Shown piece after piece: positions 38,401 to 51,637 of a stretch of DNA of 64,000 nucleotides; position 1 is the first letter of the stretch; each line of letters opens with the position of its first letter. Origin of the DNA: Paramoeba atlantica. Taxonomy: Eukaryota; Protista; Discosea. The notes under the pieces are model-generated. The model had not been told where the DNA came from and did no database searches. It saw only the letters and a list, made by a program, of their open reading frames with translations. Location of the stretch: contig CDRNVI010000184.1 in assembly GCA_977017575.1 (NCBI GenBank), positions 114,796 through 178,795 of the forward strand, written 5' to 3'. The position numbers and the translations under genes are program-made.

Positions 38401-41400
38401 TATTATTTTCATTTTTAGAAAATTGTTATTCAATTTTTGATGTTTAAAAGTTCATTTCCAGACAAGTTACAAATAAAATTGTATTTTTTACATAATTTTA
38501 CAATCTATTTGATTTATTTACAAAAAAAAAAACATATTTCCCTTTGTTTTTGATTATTTTCCAATCACTTTTTTCAATGTATAAATCAATATTTGTATTA
38601 TTTTCATTTTTTCTCAATTGTTATTTAGTTTTTGATGTTTAAAATTTAGTTACCAGACAAGTTACAAATAAAATTGTACTTTTTACATAATTTTACAATC
38701 TATTTGACTTATTTACAAAAAAAAAAATATATTTCCCTTTGTTTTTGATTATTTCCCAACCACTTTTTCAATGTCTATTTGTATTATTTTCATTTTTAGA
38801 AAATTGTTATTCAATTTTTGATGTTTAAAAGTTCATTTCCAGACAAGTTACAAATAAAATTGTATTTTTTACATAATTTTACAATCTATTTGATTTATTT
38901 ACAAAAAAAAAAACATATTTCCCTTTGTTTTTGATTATTTTCCAATCACTTTTTTCAATGTATAAATCAATATTTGTATTATTTTCATTTTTTCTCAATT
39001 GTTATTTAGTTTTTGATGTTTAAAATTTAGTTACCAGACAAGTTACAAATAAAATTGTACTTTTTACATAATTTTACAATCTATTTGACTTATTTACAAA
39101 AAAAAAAATATATTTCCCTTTGTTTTTGATTATTTCCCAACCACTTTTTCAATGTCTATTTGTATTATTTTCATTTTTAGAAAATTGTTATTCAATTTTT
39201 GATGTTTAAAAGTTCATTTCCAGACAAGTTACAAATAAAATTGTATTTTTTACATAATTTTACAATCTATTTGATTTATTTACAAAAAAAAAAACATATT
39301 TCCCTTTGTTTTTGATTATTTTCCAATCACTTTTTTCAATGTATAAATCAATATTTGTATTATTTTCATTTTTTCTCAATTGTTATTTAGTTTTTGATGT
39401 TTAAAATTTAGTTACCAGACAAGTTACAAATAAAATTGTACTTTTTACATAATTTTACAATCTATTTGACTTATTTACAAAAAAAAAAATATATTTCCCT
39501 TTGTTTTTGATTATTTCCCAACCACTTTTTCAATGTCTATTTGTATTATTTTCATTTTTAGAAAATTGTTATTCAATTTTTGATGTTTAAAAGTTCATTT
39601 CCAGACAAGTTACAAATAAAATTGTATTTTTTACATAATTTTACAATCTATTTGATTTATTTACAAAAAAAAAAACATATTTCCCTTTGTTTTTGATTAT
39701 TTTCCAATCACTTTTTTCAATGTATAAATCAATATTTGTATTATTTTCATTTTTTCTCAATTGTTATTTAGTTTTTGATGTTTAAAATTTAGTTACCAGA
39801 CAAGTTACAAATAAAATTGTACTTTTTACATAATTTTACAATCTATTTGACTTATTTACAAAAAAAAAAATATATTTCCCTTTGTTTTTGATTATTTCCC
39901 AACCACTTTTTCAATGTCTATTTGTATTATTTTCATTTTTAGAAAATTGTTATTCAATTTTTGATGTTTAAAAGTTCATTTCCAGACAAGTTACAAATAA
40001 AATTGTATTTTTTACATAATTTTACAATCTATTTGATTTATTTACAAAAAAAAAAACATATTTCCCTTTGTTTTTGATTATTTTCCAATCACTTTTTTCA
40101 ATGTATAAATCAATATTTGTATTATTTTCATTTTTTCTCAATTGTTATTTAGTTTTTGATGTTTAAAATTTAGTTACCAGACAAGTTACAAATAAAATTG
40201 TACTTTTTACATAATTTTACAATCTATTTGACTTATTTACAAAAAAAAAAATATATTTCCCTTTGTTTTTGATTATTTCCCAACCACTTTTTCAATGTCT
40301 ATTTGTATTATTTTCATTTTTAGAAAATTGTTATTCAATTTTTGATGTTTAAAAGTTCATTTCCAGACAAGTTACAAATAAAATTGTATTTTTTACATAA
40401 TTTTACAATCTATTTGATTTATTTACAAAAAAAAAAACATATTTCCCTTTGTTTTTGATTATTTTCCAATCACTTTTTTCAATGTATAAATCAATATTTA
40501 TATTATTTTCATTTTTTCTCAATTGTTATTTAGTTTTTGATGTTTAAAATTTAGTTACCAGACAAGTTACAAATAAAATTGTACTTTTTACATAATTTTA
40601 CAATCTATTTGACTTATTTACAAAAAAAAAAATATATTTCCCTTTGTTTTTGATTATTTCCCAACCACTTTTTCAATGTCTATTTGTATTATTTTCATTT
40701 TTAGAAAATTGTTATTCAATTTTTGATGTTTAAAAGTTCATTTCCAGACAAGTTACAAATAAAATTGTATTTTTTACATAATTTTACAATCTATTTGATT
40801 TATTTACAAAAAAAAAAACATATTTCCCTTTGTTTTTGATTATTTTCCAATCACTTTTTTCAATGTATAAATCAATATTTGTATTATTTTCATTTTTTCT
40901 CAATTGTTATTTAGTTTTTGATGTTTAAAATTTAGTTACCAGACAAGTTACAAATAAAATTGTACTTTTTACATAATTTTACAATCTATTTGACTTATTT
41001 ACAAAAAAAAAAATATATTTCCCTTTGTTTTTGATTATTTCCCAACCACTTTTTCAATGTCTATTTGTATTATTTTCATTTTTAGAAAATTGTTATTCAA
41101 TTTTTGATGTTTAAAAGTTCATTTCCAGACAAGTTACAAATAAAATTGTATTTTTTACATAATTTTACAATCTATTTGATTTATTTACAAAAAAAAAAAC
41201 ATATTTCCCTTTGTTTTTGATTATTTTCCAATCACTTTTTTCAATGTATAAATCAATATTTGTATTATTTTCATTTTTTCTCAATTGTTATTTAGTTTTT
41301 GATGTTTAAAATTTAGTTACCAGACAAGTTACAAATAAAATTGTACTTTTTACATAATTTTACAATCTATTTGACTTATTTACAAAAAAAAAAATATATT

Positions 41401-41955
41401 TCCCTTTGTTTTTGATTATTTCCCAACCACTTTTTCAATGTCTATTTGTATTATTTTCATTTTTAGAAAATTGTTATTCAATTTTTGATGTTTAAAAGTT
41501 CATTTCCAGACAAGTTACAAATAAAATTGTATTTTTTACATAATTTTACAATCTATTTGATTTATTTACAAAAAAAAAAACATATTTCCCTTTGTTTTTG
41601 ATTATTTTCCAATCACTTTTTTCAATGTATAAATCAATATTTATATTATTTTCATTTTTTCTCAATTGTTATTTAGTTTTTGATGTTTAAAATTTAGTTA
41701 CCAGACAAGTTACAAATAAAATTGTACTTTTTACATAATTTTACAATCTATTTGACTTATTTACAAAAAAAAAAATATATTTCCCTTTGTTTTTGATTAT
41801 TTCCCAACCACTTTTTCAATGTCTATTTGTATTATTTTCATTTTTAGAAAATTGTTATTCAATTTTTGATGTTTAAAAGTTCATTTCCAGACAAGTTACA
41901 AATAAAATTGTATTTTTTACATAATTTTACAATCTATTAAATCTATTTACAAAAA
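35490..41955. repeat. Satellite array 2: 381-bp higher-order dimer (194+187), about 17 copies, same family and orientation as array 1
   Basis: CAATGTATAAATC at 35527, 35908, 36289 ...; CAATGTCTAT at 35721. Confidence 0.97.
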
Positions 41956-41959
41956 AAAA

Positions 41960-42137
41960 TTAGAAAATTGAAAAATTGAAAAACTGGAAAACTGGAAAAT
42001 TGGAAAATTGGAAAATTGGAAAATTGGAAAATTGGAAAATTGGAAAATTGGAAAATTGGAAAATTGGAAAATTGGAAAATTGGAAAATTGGAAAATTGGA
42101 AAATTGGAAAATTGGAAAATTGGAAAATTGGAAAATT
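41960..42137 (+). repeat. 8-bp microsatellite (GGAAAATT)n terminating array 2
   Basis: Direct reading; about 20 units. Confidence 0.95.
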
Positions 42138-42300
42138 AAAAGAATTGAACTTGAAACCTCAAAAATGAAAAATTGAAGAAAAGGACAACTAAACTATCAT
42201 ACTCATCTCTAAAAAAACAAAAAAACAAGCTAGTTAATGGAATCAGTTTAATTTTTTATTTTTCTTTTTTACAATTATTTCTTTTGTATTAATTTTTTAG
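42138..42300 (+). repeat. Conserved satellite anchor, copy 2
   Basis: Homologous to 4345-4500. Confidence 0.9.
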
Positions 42301-42829
42301 AGTTTTTTTCAAAGAAAACAATAAATCATTGCAAATATTAAATTTTTAAAGAATTTGTAATATTATTGATAAGGTGAGGGAGTTTCAAAAAGAAAAAAAT
42401 AAAAATAAGAAGAAAAAGATTGTTAAATATAGTTCTTTTTTTTAAATATTCATCCCAATCAAGATTCATTTCTCTCAAAGCTTTTCTTTTTCAGAATAAA
42501 GAAATATCAATTAAAAATTTCCAACATTGGAGTCACTAGAGAGTTAATTGTTGTAGAAGTGTCAAGAAGATTTTCTATCCATTGTATAAAGAAGAAAAGC
42601 ATTAAGAGGGATGGGTTTGAGAGTAATTTTAGTGGTAAAGTAGAAAGTTGAAATAGAATCAGTGAGGAAAAGAAAAATGTAAAGAAAATGAAAAGGAAGA
42701 AAAAGTTTCTTAAGATCTCATACAAAGAGCACAAAGGAATTGAGCAACTCAATGTATTTCAAGAACCAACTTTAGAGGAAAGAAAAATCTTTGATAGAAC
42801 ACAACAAAAGGTTTTTTTTTAATTGCAAT

Positions 42830-44215
42830 GTTTTTAGTAATATTGCTCAATGGAAGGTTCAACTTGTTCTTCAAGGATATTATATGAAAGAAGGAAATCC
42901 ATTATTATAACAAGATATTTTTTCCCTGCACCCACCTTGAAAGTATCTGAATGCTTATTGCTCTTGTTACACAAAAAAAAATGCTTATCTGAATAAAGAA
43001 AAATGGAAAAACTTGTTTTCACTCATTTACCTCTTTTCTACACTAGAACAAAATCAATGGAAATTCTCTTGGAAAAGATGGTAATGTTGTTGTACTTCAT
43101 AAAGCCTCAAATGCTGGAAGAATATGGAACATCTATTTTGACAAGTATCTCAAATTGATTGATTATATTCCTTCTCCAAACAAATCTGCTCTATATACCA
43201 TCACACCAATAGATCAATTATTGCTCTTTGGGTCACAATAACATCTTTATTACTGGTCCTAACAACAACCACACCACAAAGACTCTTGCATAGCTTCACA
43301 AAGAATTCCAAGTTAAAACTTTCAAGCAAGTTTCTTACACATTCAGTATCTCCTTCCAAATCTGCAAAGATGAATCTTACTTCCTCTCCCAAACTGCTAT
43401 AATTAAAAACCTCTTGAACTCTCTTGGTTTGTCAACACACCAGGAACACAGAATACCCACACTTTCTTTGGATATCAACCTCATAAAGGACATTATACTA
43501 GAAATACTACTGAACTTGAGGATATGAAGAACATCCCTTATCAATCCACCATTATTGGCAAACACTTCTATACATTTTGCAATGGCCACACATCCCAATA
43601 TTCTCTACTCTGTGATCTCTCTCTCTCAATACACCTCAAACCCAGAGAAGTCTCACTGGAAACACCTGAAACAAGTGGTCAAATATTTGAAGGGAACAAA
43701 ATGGATGGGATTGCTCTACAAACTGAAAACATCTGACATCACTCTCAATGTTCACTCAGAGGCCTCCTACAACTTGGATCTCAACACTGGAAAATCATCC
43801 CTTGGCTATTGTATGAAACTGAACATGATTGTTGCTGGGCATATATGGCATTCCTCTCTCTCCAAAACCGTTCCCAAAGAGCACTCAACATACTGAGATT
43901 ATATTGCTGGATCAAAATGTTTGAATAGCACCAGAGATGATGGGCCTCATTCCTTCTTGAACACACTGATGACAACTACACTTGACCCATTCCCTTTCAC
44001 ACACAGACAATGAAGCACAAATAACAAATCCCCAGACTACAAAAGGAAGCTGACATATCCTTCCCCACCACTACTTTGATCTCCACTATGCACATAATAC
44101 AAAGGTCATTTCTTTTGAATCTACTTCTTACTAACAAACTGTACACACATCCTGACCAAAGCATTAAATGGACAACCCTTTCTGAAAACATAGAAGTTCA
44201 CTCTCAGTCTCAGAT
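42830..44215 (+). mobile_element. Ty1/copia RT-RNase H relic
   Basis: WKVQLVLQGY, ESI*MLIAL, VVVLHKA...GRIWN, PNILYSVISLSQY...HWKHLKQVVKYLKGT, GKSSLGY, HILTKAL at ~44140. Confidence 0.85.
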
Positions 44216-44469
44216 CTGCCCATTTAGCCTGCATACTCAATATCCTCTCTCTCTCTCTCTTCCTCACATATTCGACTATTCTCATTCCTGGAGGGTTTTT
44301 TGCACTGTGCTCACATTCCAGTTTTCCCTCATCCAAGGGCTTTCCATGTTTTGTGGTTTTTCCCTTGTCCTTTTACTTTACAACTTCTACAATATGATTC
44401 TCAATTCTCTGCATACAACATCCATTTTGAAACCCATTGCACAACATAACTCAAATCAAACCAAACCCA

Positions 44470-46150
44470 TATGAGGCTGGAGGGAATACTTCTACCCAAG
44501 GCCACCTGTTGATTTGAAGTGCATAGAGGCATTGTCCCAGCTCTCTCAAGAGTATTCAAATCCGAAAAAAAAACCCACAGACCACACAATATTTTGAGAC
44601 TAGATTGCACAAGAATCATGAAATACAATGTCAAAAAGTAATCCACAAGCCAGGAAGACAAATAGCAATTCCTCTGATGCGCTCAGCTGACACAAAATAT
44701 CACATATGATACAAAGAAAACCAGAGCAGTTAACAGAGACATTCACTTTTGCTGCCAAATACAAGATATTCTTGACAAACAAAATGATCTTATGGCAAAA
44801 ACCAACCAAAAAAAGAGGAACAAGACAAAAGCATCCCAGATGTTCAAATGTTTAACACCCTCTTAAAATCAATTCACACACTTGAGAGGGAGACCAATTC
44901 CCAAATCAGTTGAATTACCAAGCCTTTTGCTCAAGCATAGCAAGATGATATCCCTTCTGCACTAAAATAATTGACTATCATCTGTGTGGAATTCTTCCTC
45001 TAAAGAAACAACCAAAAAATGCTTCAAACAAAAACCCACAAATTCTGGATAGACCCAGCAGGAATCCTCAGAAAAGTGGCTGAAATGTAACCCTAAAGAG
45101 AAAGAGGGTTGCCTCCAGCAGTCCTACCTCAATCACTTTTGGGGTGAAATACTAAATGGTGGTCACAGAAAGTTTGAGAAGCGCTTTGGATCAAGCAGTC
45201 TCTGACTCATCATTCTGTTTTTCCTAAATCATATACCCATACATTTACTCCTTTTGCCAAAACTGTTTGGAATGTCAAGACAACAACAAAAAAAACAAAA
45301 AAAGGAATGAGAGGAGCAAGACTCAAACCTCTTCTTTACTCCATATCCTCCTAGGCCACTGCCTGCACCCCCTGGACCAAAATACCATCATACAAGGATT
45401 CACTTTTGCCTGTAATTGTGACAATTTTGATGGATCCATCCAAATCTACCCAATCTCCCAGCCACAGAAATGCAAAAACAATTGCAGAAATTGCTTTATG
45501 CAATACACACCTGCATCAACTCTATGCCTATCAAGATTATAACCCTGACAATGGCTTTGAATTCTCAAACCAGCTTCACAGCTGATTTGGCAAATCAAGG
45601 TCATTTAAGCATATATATATATCCATCCATGATCATTGAAGATGATTGGGATCTCCTAATTCCTCTTCACTTCATTCTTCATTCACTTTGGTAGACATCC
45701 ATCAATGGTATTGGATACAACAGAGGCATATTGACAAGAAATAGCAGTCACCACTTCTGCTGATCATTTCAATCTAGAACAACAGAACATGTGCCACAAA
45801 AATATTATGCACCTAAAGGAATTAAAAGTAAAGATATATGAGATCTCTGTTAATTATGAAGAAGGACAAATACAAAACCAACCCCTCCTGCATGTGTCCT
45901 TGAATTGAATAAGATGGATGATTTTAACCACAGAGATGATTACAATTACAAAGTGAAAGAGATTCATGAACACCACATTGATGAGGATGGAACACTTTAA
46001 TAGAAGGACTACTGTGTTGGAAAAGCTATCAGACACCATCTCTGCTCCTGATTTAATCAAACATTATCGCAAGAATCACCCTCATGAGTCTCCTTCACCA
46101 AGGGCAAATCTGAAAAAGAAATTTGTCCAGCCTCTTCTTCTGCAGGTTTA
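44470..46150 (+). mobile_element. Degenerate gypsy-like fragment (RNase H end, integrase, chromodomain-like tail)
   Basis: IMKYNVK...HKPGRQ...DALS* at ~44620-44690; DDWDLLIPL at ~45640; APDLIKHYRKNHP at ~46045. Confidence 0.55.
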
Positions 46151-47873
46151 TTTTGAACCAAAAAAAAAATCAGGTTTACCTCAAAGGAAAAAGGAAAAAA
46201 GAAAGAATAAAGAAAGAATAAAGAAAGAATAAAGAAAAAAAGGAAAAGACAGAAGAAAAAGAAAAAGTAAAGAAAAGAAAAAAAGAAAAAGAAGATAACA
46301 TTTTGATTCCAGTTTTATCTTTTTGCTCCTTTGTTTTTCTCTTTGCTCTGCAATCTCCATCATCTTCCCTGATCATTTGCCCAAAAATGAGATTCTTTTA
46401 CAAACATCTCACAATCTCAAAAACTTTGGATGTTGCAAAACAAAACACCCCAATAAATTACTAACACTTAACCCTGAACAATATAGCAAGATCACCTGTG
46501 TTATAAGATGAACTTGAGTGTGAGAAGAGAGATGAGAAAAAAAAAAATAGAACAAAAAAAAAAGAAAAGAGGATATCAACAACAACAAAAAAAAACAGAC
46601 TAAAAAAACACAATCAACTAAAAATAAAAATAAAAATAAAAAAAAGTTAACAAACCATATGAAAAAGTGATCAAAGTGGTTCTCTTTGGATACTTAGCCA
46701 GACAGCCCTACAATATAACTCTTTAACTCTCTTAGACTTGGCTATAGAGACCCAAGAAACACGTCAAACAAGAATTCCAACTCTTTTTTTTCTCTTAGAT
46801 CTGATAAAGAAATCGCCTCAACATTTTGAGATGTGCAAAAATAGATTGGTTGTAGTGGTCAATTCATGGAATGTAAAACCTGAAGAGAAAAGAATATTGG
46901 TATTAGAATTCTTTTAAAAGATAGAAAAAAAATAAGAAAAGAAAAAAAGTAAAGAAAAAAAAGGAGAAAGGGAGAAAGGAGAGACAAAGGAAAAATGAAG
47001 AATTCAAAAATCCCAAACACCAAAGTCAAAGAAAAAAAAGAGAAAAAAAGAAGAAAGAGAGAAAGAAAGAAAAAAACAAAGTGAAAAAGAGAAGAAAAAG
47101 ATTAAAAAAAAGGAGGGAAACTAAAAGGAGAAAAACCAACCAATCCCCAACCCCAATCCCAAAAGCTGAAAACAACAAACATCACATCACATCACACACC
47201 ACACTCACAAAATATAACCACATGACAAAACATGACAAACAAAAAGATTTAAAAAAGAAAAGAAAAGAAAAAAATAACCTTTTGTCTTTTTGGTGTGGAT
47301 AACCCAATTGCCCCCCACGCCATTCCCAATTCGCTCAATTTCAAACCCCTCTTGCCTCTCTCTCGAAAAAGGAAAAAAGAAACAAGTTGGTTGTTTTCTT
47401 TTTTTTCTCTCTTTTTTTTCTTTGATCACTCTTTTTTGAAAATCTGTTTTCTTTTTTTCTTTTAACTTCAAGGTCGGTGTTCTTTCTTCCTTTTCTCCCT
47501 CTTGCCTCTCTTGTTTTGTATCAGGGAACAAGAAGGGAAAACAAAAAAAAAACAAAAAAAAAAATTAGCGCACTTTTAGCAAACTAAATCTGTGTTGTCG
47601 AAAGAAAAGGTTTGAAAAAACAAAGCAGCAAGAAGAGACAATGTGAAAAAGGATCTCTTTTATTAAAAATTAAAGTAAATAATTTTCATGGAATTCAAAA
47701 AAGAAGAAGAGGAAAGAGAAGAGAGGAGTCATTTTTTTGTCTCCTCTTTCATAAATCAACTTTTGAAACAGACACACCCCTCCTCCACTCCCTCCACCCA
47801 AGAAAGGAGAGAGGAGAGAGAGGAAGAGAGAGAGAGAGAGAGAGGGAAGGGGGAATCTCCTCATTTCTGTTTT

Positions 47874-48326
47874 TCACTTCACTGTAGATTGCGCCAATGC
47901 ATGTTCCAAAACTTCATCATAATCAACAGATGCAACCGAACCACCCTGAAGTCGACAAGAAATCCCACCTTCTCCAATCTTTCCAACAATTCCATTTGCA
48001 GAAAAAGAAACAACCATCTTTTCTTTGATTTTAGCTCTGTCAGGTGCCCACATCACAAACACTAACTTACTCCTTTTGACATGATCAGAAGGAGAGATGT
48101 ATTTGATGTGAGTCAATCCATATGCACATTTGTCTCTTGGGAGATGAGTCGTGAATTCAGCCCATTCTGTTCGCCCATCCACCACATCCTCACTTTTCGA
48201 TAAATCATGATAATCAGTTTGACATTTTCCATCATCGATCAAGAAGATACATCCTTTTGATTTTCCGGATTTGACGGAGCGAGCAATAGAGATACATTCA
48301 TCAGAAAATTGAACCACGGAAGCCAT
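47874..48326 (-). CDS. ADF/cofilin-family actin-binding protein (150 aa, intronless)
   Basis: MASVVQFSDEC...W.EF...LP.DKC.Y...RSKLVFVMWAPDRAKIKEKM is an ADF-H signature; open frame, CpGs retained. Confidence 0.9.
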   Translation of the reverse strand: MASVVQFSDECISIARSVKSGKSKGCIFLIDDGKCQTDYHDLSKSEDVVDGRTEWAEFTTHLPRDKCAYGLTHIKYISPSDHVKRSKLVFVMWAPDRAKIKEKMVVSFSANGIVGKIGEGGISCRLQGGSVASVDYDEVLEHALAQSTVK

Positions 48327-48926
48327 AGTAGTAGTATTTGTCAATCAATCACAATCACACAAGAAGGGGCACTGTTTTTTTTGTTTTGTTTTTGTGTTTT
48401 GGTTTTGTGTTTTTTGTTTTGTTTTTTTTGTTTTGTTTTTTTTGTTTTGTTTTTTTTGTTTTGTTTTTTTTGTTTTTGTGTTTTTTGGTGTGTTGGGTCG
48501 AGGAGGGGACAAAGAAACCTGTTCTTGGAAAAAGTTGGCTCAGTTCAGTGAAGTATCCATTGGGTGTGGTTTCTCATTTTTCAAAGACAACCACTCCCAA
48601 CCTCTTTTTTCGTTGTTTTGAAAAAGTTTTGTCCAAGTCCGCCCAACACCTTCACTGAATAAAAAAAAATAAAAAATAAAAAAAAAAAAAGGAAAATTTT
48701 GTGGGAATTGAACCTCCCACCCTGCGTTTTGTTGCTTTCGGTGATTTTGTTTTTTGTTTTTTTTGTGGTTTGTGGGGTTGGTGTTCCTTCTCACCATCAC
48801 CCCCTCTTCCTCTTATCCCCTTCCATGAACGACAACAAACGCAACCACTTCTTCTCTCAGGTTTTGTTTTTAATTCAAAACATTTCTTTTTCTGGATAAC
48901 TTGAAACAGAAAAACAACAATCCAAC

Positions 48927-49956
48927 ATGGTGATGAGAGTTCAGTTGATGTCGTCGATCGTTGTTTGATCAAAAAACCTCGAGAAGGAAGAAGAAGAACA
49001 GCAGTGGGAAGTTCGAAACACTGAGAATGGAGAAGTGTGTTCTATTCAAGCTCAAGACTTTCGAAGTCTGCGAAGGAAGATCCAGGATGTGTACGGAACT
49101 TCGACTGCTGCAGTTCGAGTGTTCTATCTCAATGATGAGTGTGATGTTGTCTTTGTGAAACGTAATCAAGACTTGGAAGACGCTTTGTTTGTTCTCCCCA
49201 AAAAGGACAACAAGATGGTGACAGCAGTGAAGAGTCATCAGGAGATTGAAAATCGAGTGGATGATGATGATGATGAAGAGAAAGCGAGTGATGAGAGTAC
49301 TGATGATGATTCAGTTTCTGAGAACCCTCAGAAAAGACTCAAGGAACAACAGAAGAGAGAAGAAGATTGAAATGCTCAGTAAGCGTGACGAGAAACTGGC
49401 AGATCAGATTGATGTTCTTGAAGAAAAGATTGTGGCTCTTCAACGAAGAAAGGAACAGTTGACTGAAAACAAAACCCAAGTTCGAGAGAATCTTGTTGAT
49501 TTGAAAAGTCAAGAGAAAAGTGAAGTTGTTGTTGCTATCAAACAAGAGGAGGAGAATATTGAAGAAGCTGAATTGTCTGATGAGACAGTCCAAGAGGAAG
49601 AGGAAGAGGAAGAGGAAGAGGAAAAAGAAGATTGTGGTAAACCAAGATCGTTTGGACAATTGAGAAAACTTCAGAATCAACAACGGAACATCGAAAGAAG
49701 ACTTTGTAATCTTGAAGCGAAAGAAAAGAAGTCAAAAAAGATGATGGAAACAGAAATTATTCTCAAGAGGCGTTTGGAAGAAATCACAGAGAGGTTGGCC
49801 CTGACTGAAGTGGAAGAACAATCAGAAGAACAGAAGGATGAGAAGTTTTTTATGAATAAGAGAAAAGGAAAAGATGGTCATTGTAAACATTCCCGTTACT
49901 CTCATGGTTCTCCCAAAAAGAATTATTCTCCCCCAAAGGAAAAAAGATGGAAATAG
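48927..49956 (+). pseudogene. PB1-like/coiled-coil gene, copy C (TGA at 48966 and a 2-nt frameshift at ~49365; the frameshift could be an assembly error)
   Basis: Colinear with copy B; ORFs 49035 and 49246 overlap in different frames. Confidence 0.7.
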
Positions 49957-50211
49957 AAAGGAGATCTTCAAAATCATCCTTTCAAAATAAAATCTCTCTT
50001 TTTGAATATCCCACTTTTTTGGTTTATTTATTTATTCTTTTCTCTCACATTGTTGGGGTGCATCTTGTTAAACAACAAACAACACACACACTCTCCCTTT
50101 TTTCCTTCTTTTCTCTGTTTAGTCTCCCAATAACTCTCACTTTTTCTTCCTTAAAAATCATAATTTAGATGAAAGGGGATGTTGGCCACTGTGGAGGGAT
50201 ATCTTCTTGTA

Positions 50212-50260
50212 ATACTCTCTGAGTTGCTAATTTGTGAAAATTCGTAACTCGGAGAGTAAT
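50212..50260. repeat. ~50-bp palindrome family, variant P6
   Basis: TACTCTCTGAGTTGC-TAATTTGTGAAAATTC-GTAACTCGGAGAGTA; both arms are changed in a matched way. Confidence 0.75.
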
Positions 50261-50594
50261 AATAATAATTCTATGCCTTCAAAACTCTTTTTTGCTTTTT
50301 TTGTGGAACATCTTTTGGGGGGAAATGATCAAGAAAAGAGGGAACCAAAAATAACAAAACACACCCTCCTTATTTTGAATATTTTCTCTCGAATATTTGT
50401 GTGGAGGCACACCACAATCTGCAAATAGAATAACAAGAAAAAGACTGAACCAGAATCAAATTTGTGTTTTCCTCGGACCTGTTTTTCAACAAAAAGAAAA
50501 TTAAAAAAAAAGGGAAAGAAAAAAAGAAAAAGAAAAAAAAAAAAAAGAAAAAAAGGGAAAGAAAAAGAAAGAAAAAGAAAAAGAGAAAAAGAGA

Positions 50595-50714
50595 AGGTCT
50601 TCAGCACTCGGGATTCGAATGTGGTCACCCACCATTCTACTAACCGAGCCCACAGCTGCTTAACTTCCGAGTTCTGATGGGATCGGGTGCTTTCAACTGG
50701 GTATGACCGAAGAC
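50595..50714 (-). rRNA. rrn5: 5S ribosomal RNA gene
   Basis: GTCTTCGGTCATACC...CCGATCCCATCAGAACTCGGAAGTTAAGC...GGTTAGTA...GGGTGACC...GTGCTGAAGACCT, 120 nt, followed by a T-rich terminator. Confidence 0.97.
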
Positions 50715-51255
50715 ACTTTCCCTTCTTTTTTTTCTCCTTTTTATCAATCCAATTACTCAAAATTAACAAAAAAGAAAAGAGAAAAAGAAAGAAGAGAAAA
50801 GAAAGAAGAGAAAAAAGAAAAAGAGAGAAAAGAAAGAAGAGAGAAAAGAAAAGAGAGGAAAAGAAGAGAAAAGAAAAAACCTCAATTTTGTTTGTGGACA
50901 AAGGTTTGTCGAAAAGAATTTCTTTGTGATCTCTCTTCTTGTTTTAACTCTCTTTTCTCAGAATAAAAAACTTGTTTTAGGGGCGGGACTGAAAGGAAAA
51001 ACATAAAACGGAAAACAAAAAACAAATCAAGGAAAAAGAGAGTGATGGTCTTGAAGAAGAAAGAAAGAACAAGAAAGAAGTAAAAAAGGAAAAGAAAAGG
51101 ATGTGAAAAAAAAAAACAGAAAGAAAGAGATCACAACCACCAAAAGAAAAGAGAAGAGTGACCGAGAAGAAGAGAAAAAGAGAGAAAGAGAAAAAACCAC
51201 AAACACCCACAAGAAAAAAAAAAAAAAAAAAAAAGGGAAATGGACCTCTATTTCA

Positions 51256-51440
51256 GGTCCAACTGGTTTTTTTCGGAGAGGAGGGAGAGGAAGAGGGGAA
51301 GAAGGTTCCGGGGAGAGAGAGAGAGAGAGAGAGAGAGTGTGTGTTCCCAGGGGGGAGGTTTCGGAGAGGAGGGAGAGGAAGGGGAAGAAGGTTCTGGGGA
51401 GAGAGAGAGAGAGTGTGTGTTCCCAGGGGGGAGGTTCTTG
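51256..51440. repeat. Tandem ~77-bp purine/G-rich duplication
   Basis: TTTCGGAGAGGAGGGAGAGGAAG.GGGAAGAAGGTTC.GGGGAGAGAG...GTGTGTGTTCCCAGGGGGGAGG occurs twice. Confidence 0.8.
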
Positions 51441-51637
51441 GATGGGGGGGGGGGGGGAGAGAGAATGGGAGAGGAGGAGGGCAACACCACAACCCCCCAT
51501 GCAGAGTCTCTTGTTTTTTTTTTTTTTTTTTGCTTCTCTTCTTTCTCTTTCTCTTCTGATTTCTCTTTCTCTTTCTCTCTCTCTTCTCTCTTCTCTCTTC
51601 TCTTTCTCTTCTCTCTTTCTATTATTTGTTAAAAAAG

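Noticed and set aside
41960-42137. Telomeric repeat
   Set aside because: Internal, short, flanked by conserved sequence and not G-strand-like; cannot be excluded without contig-end data.
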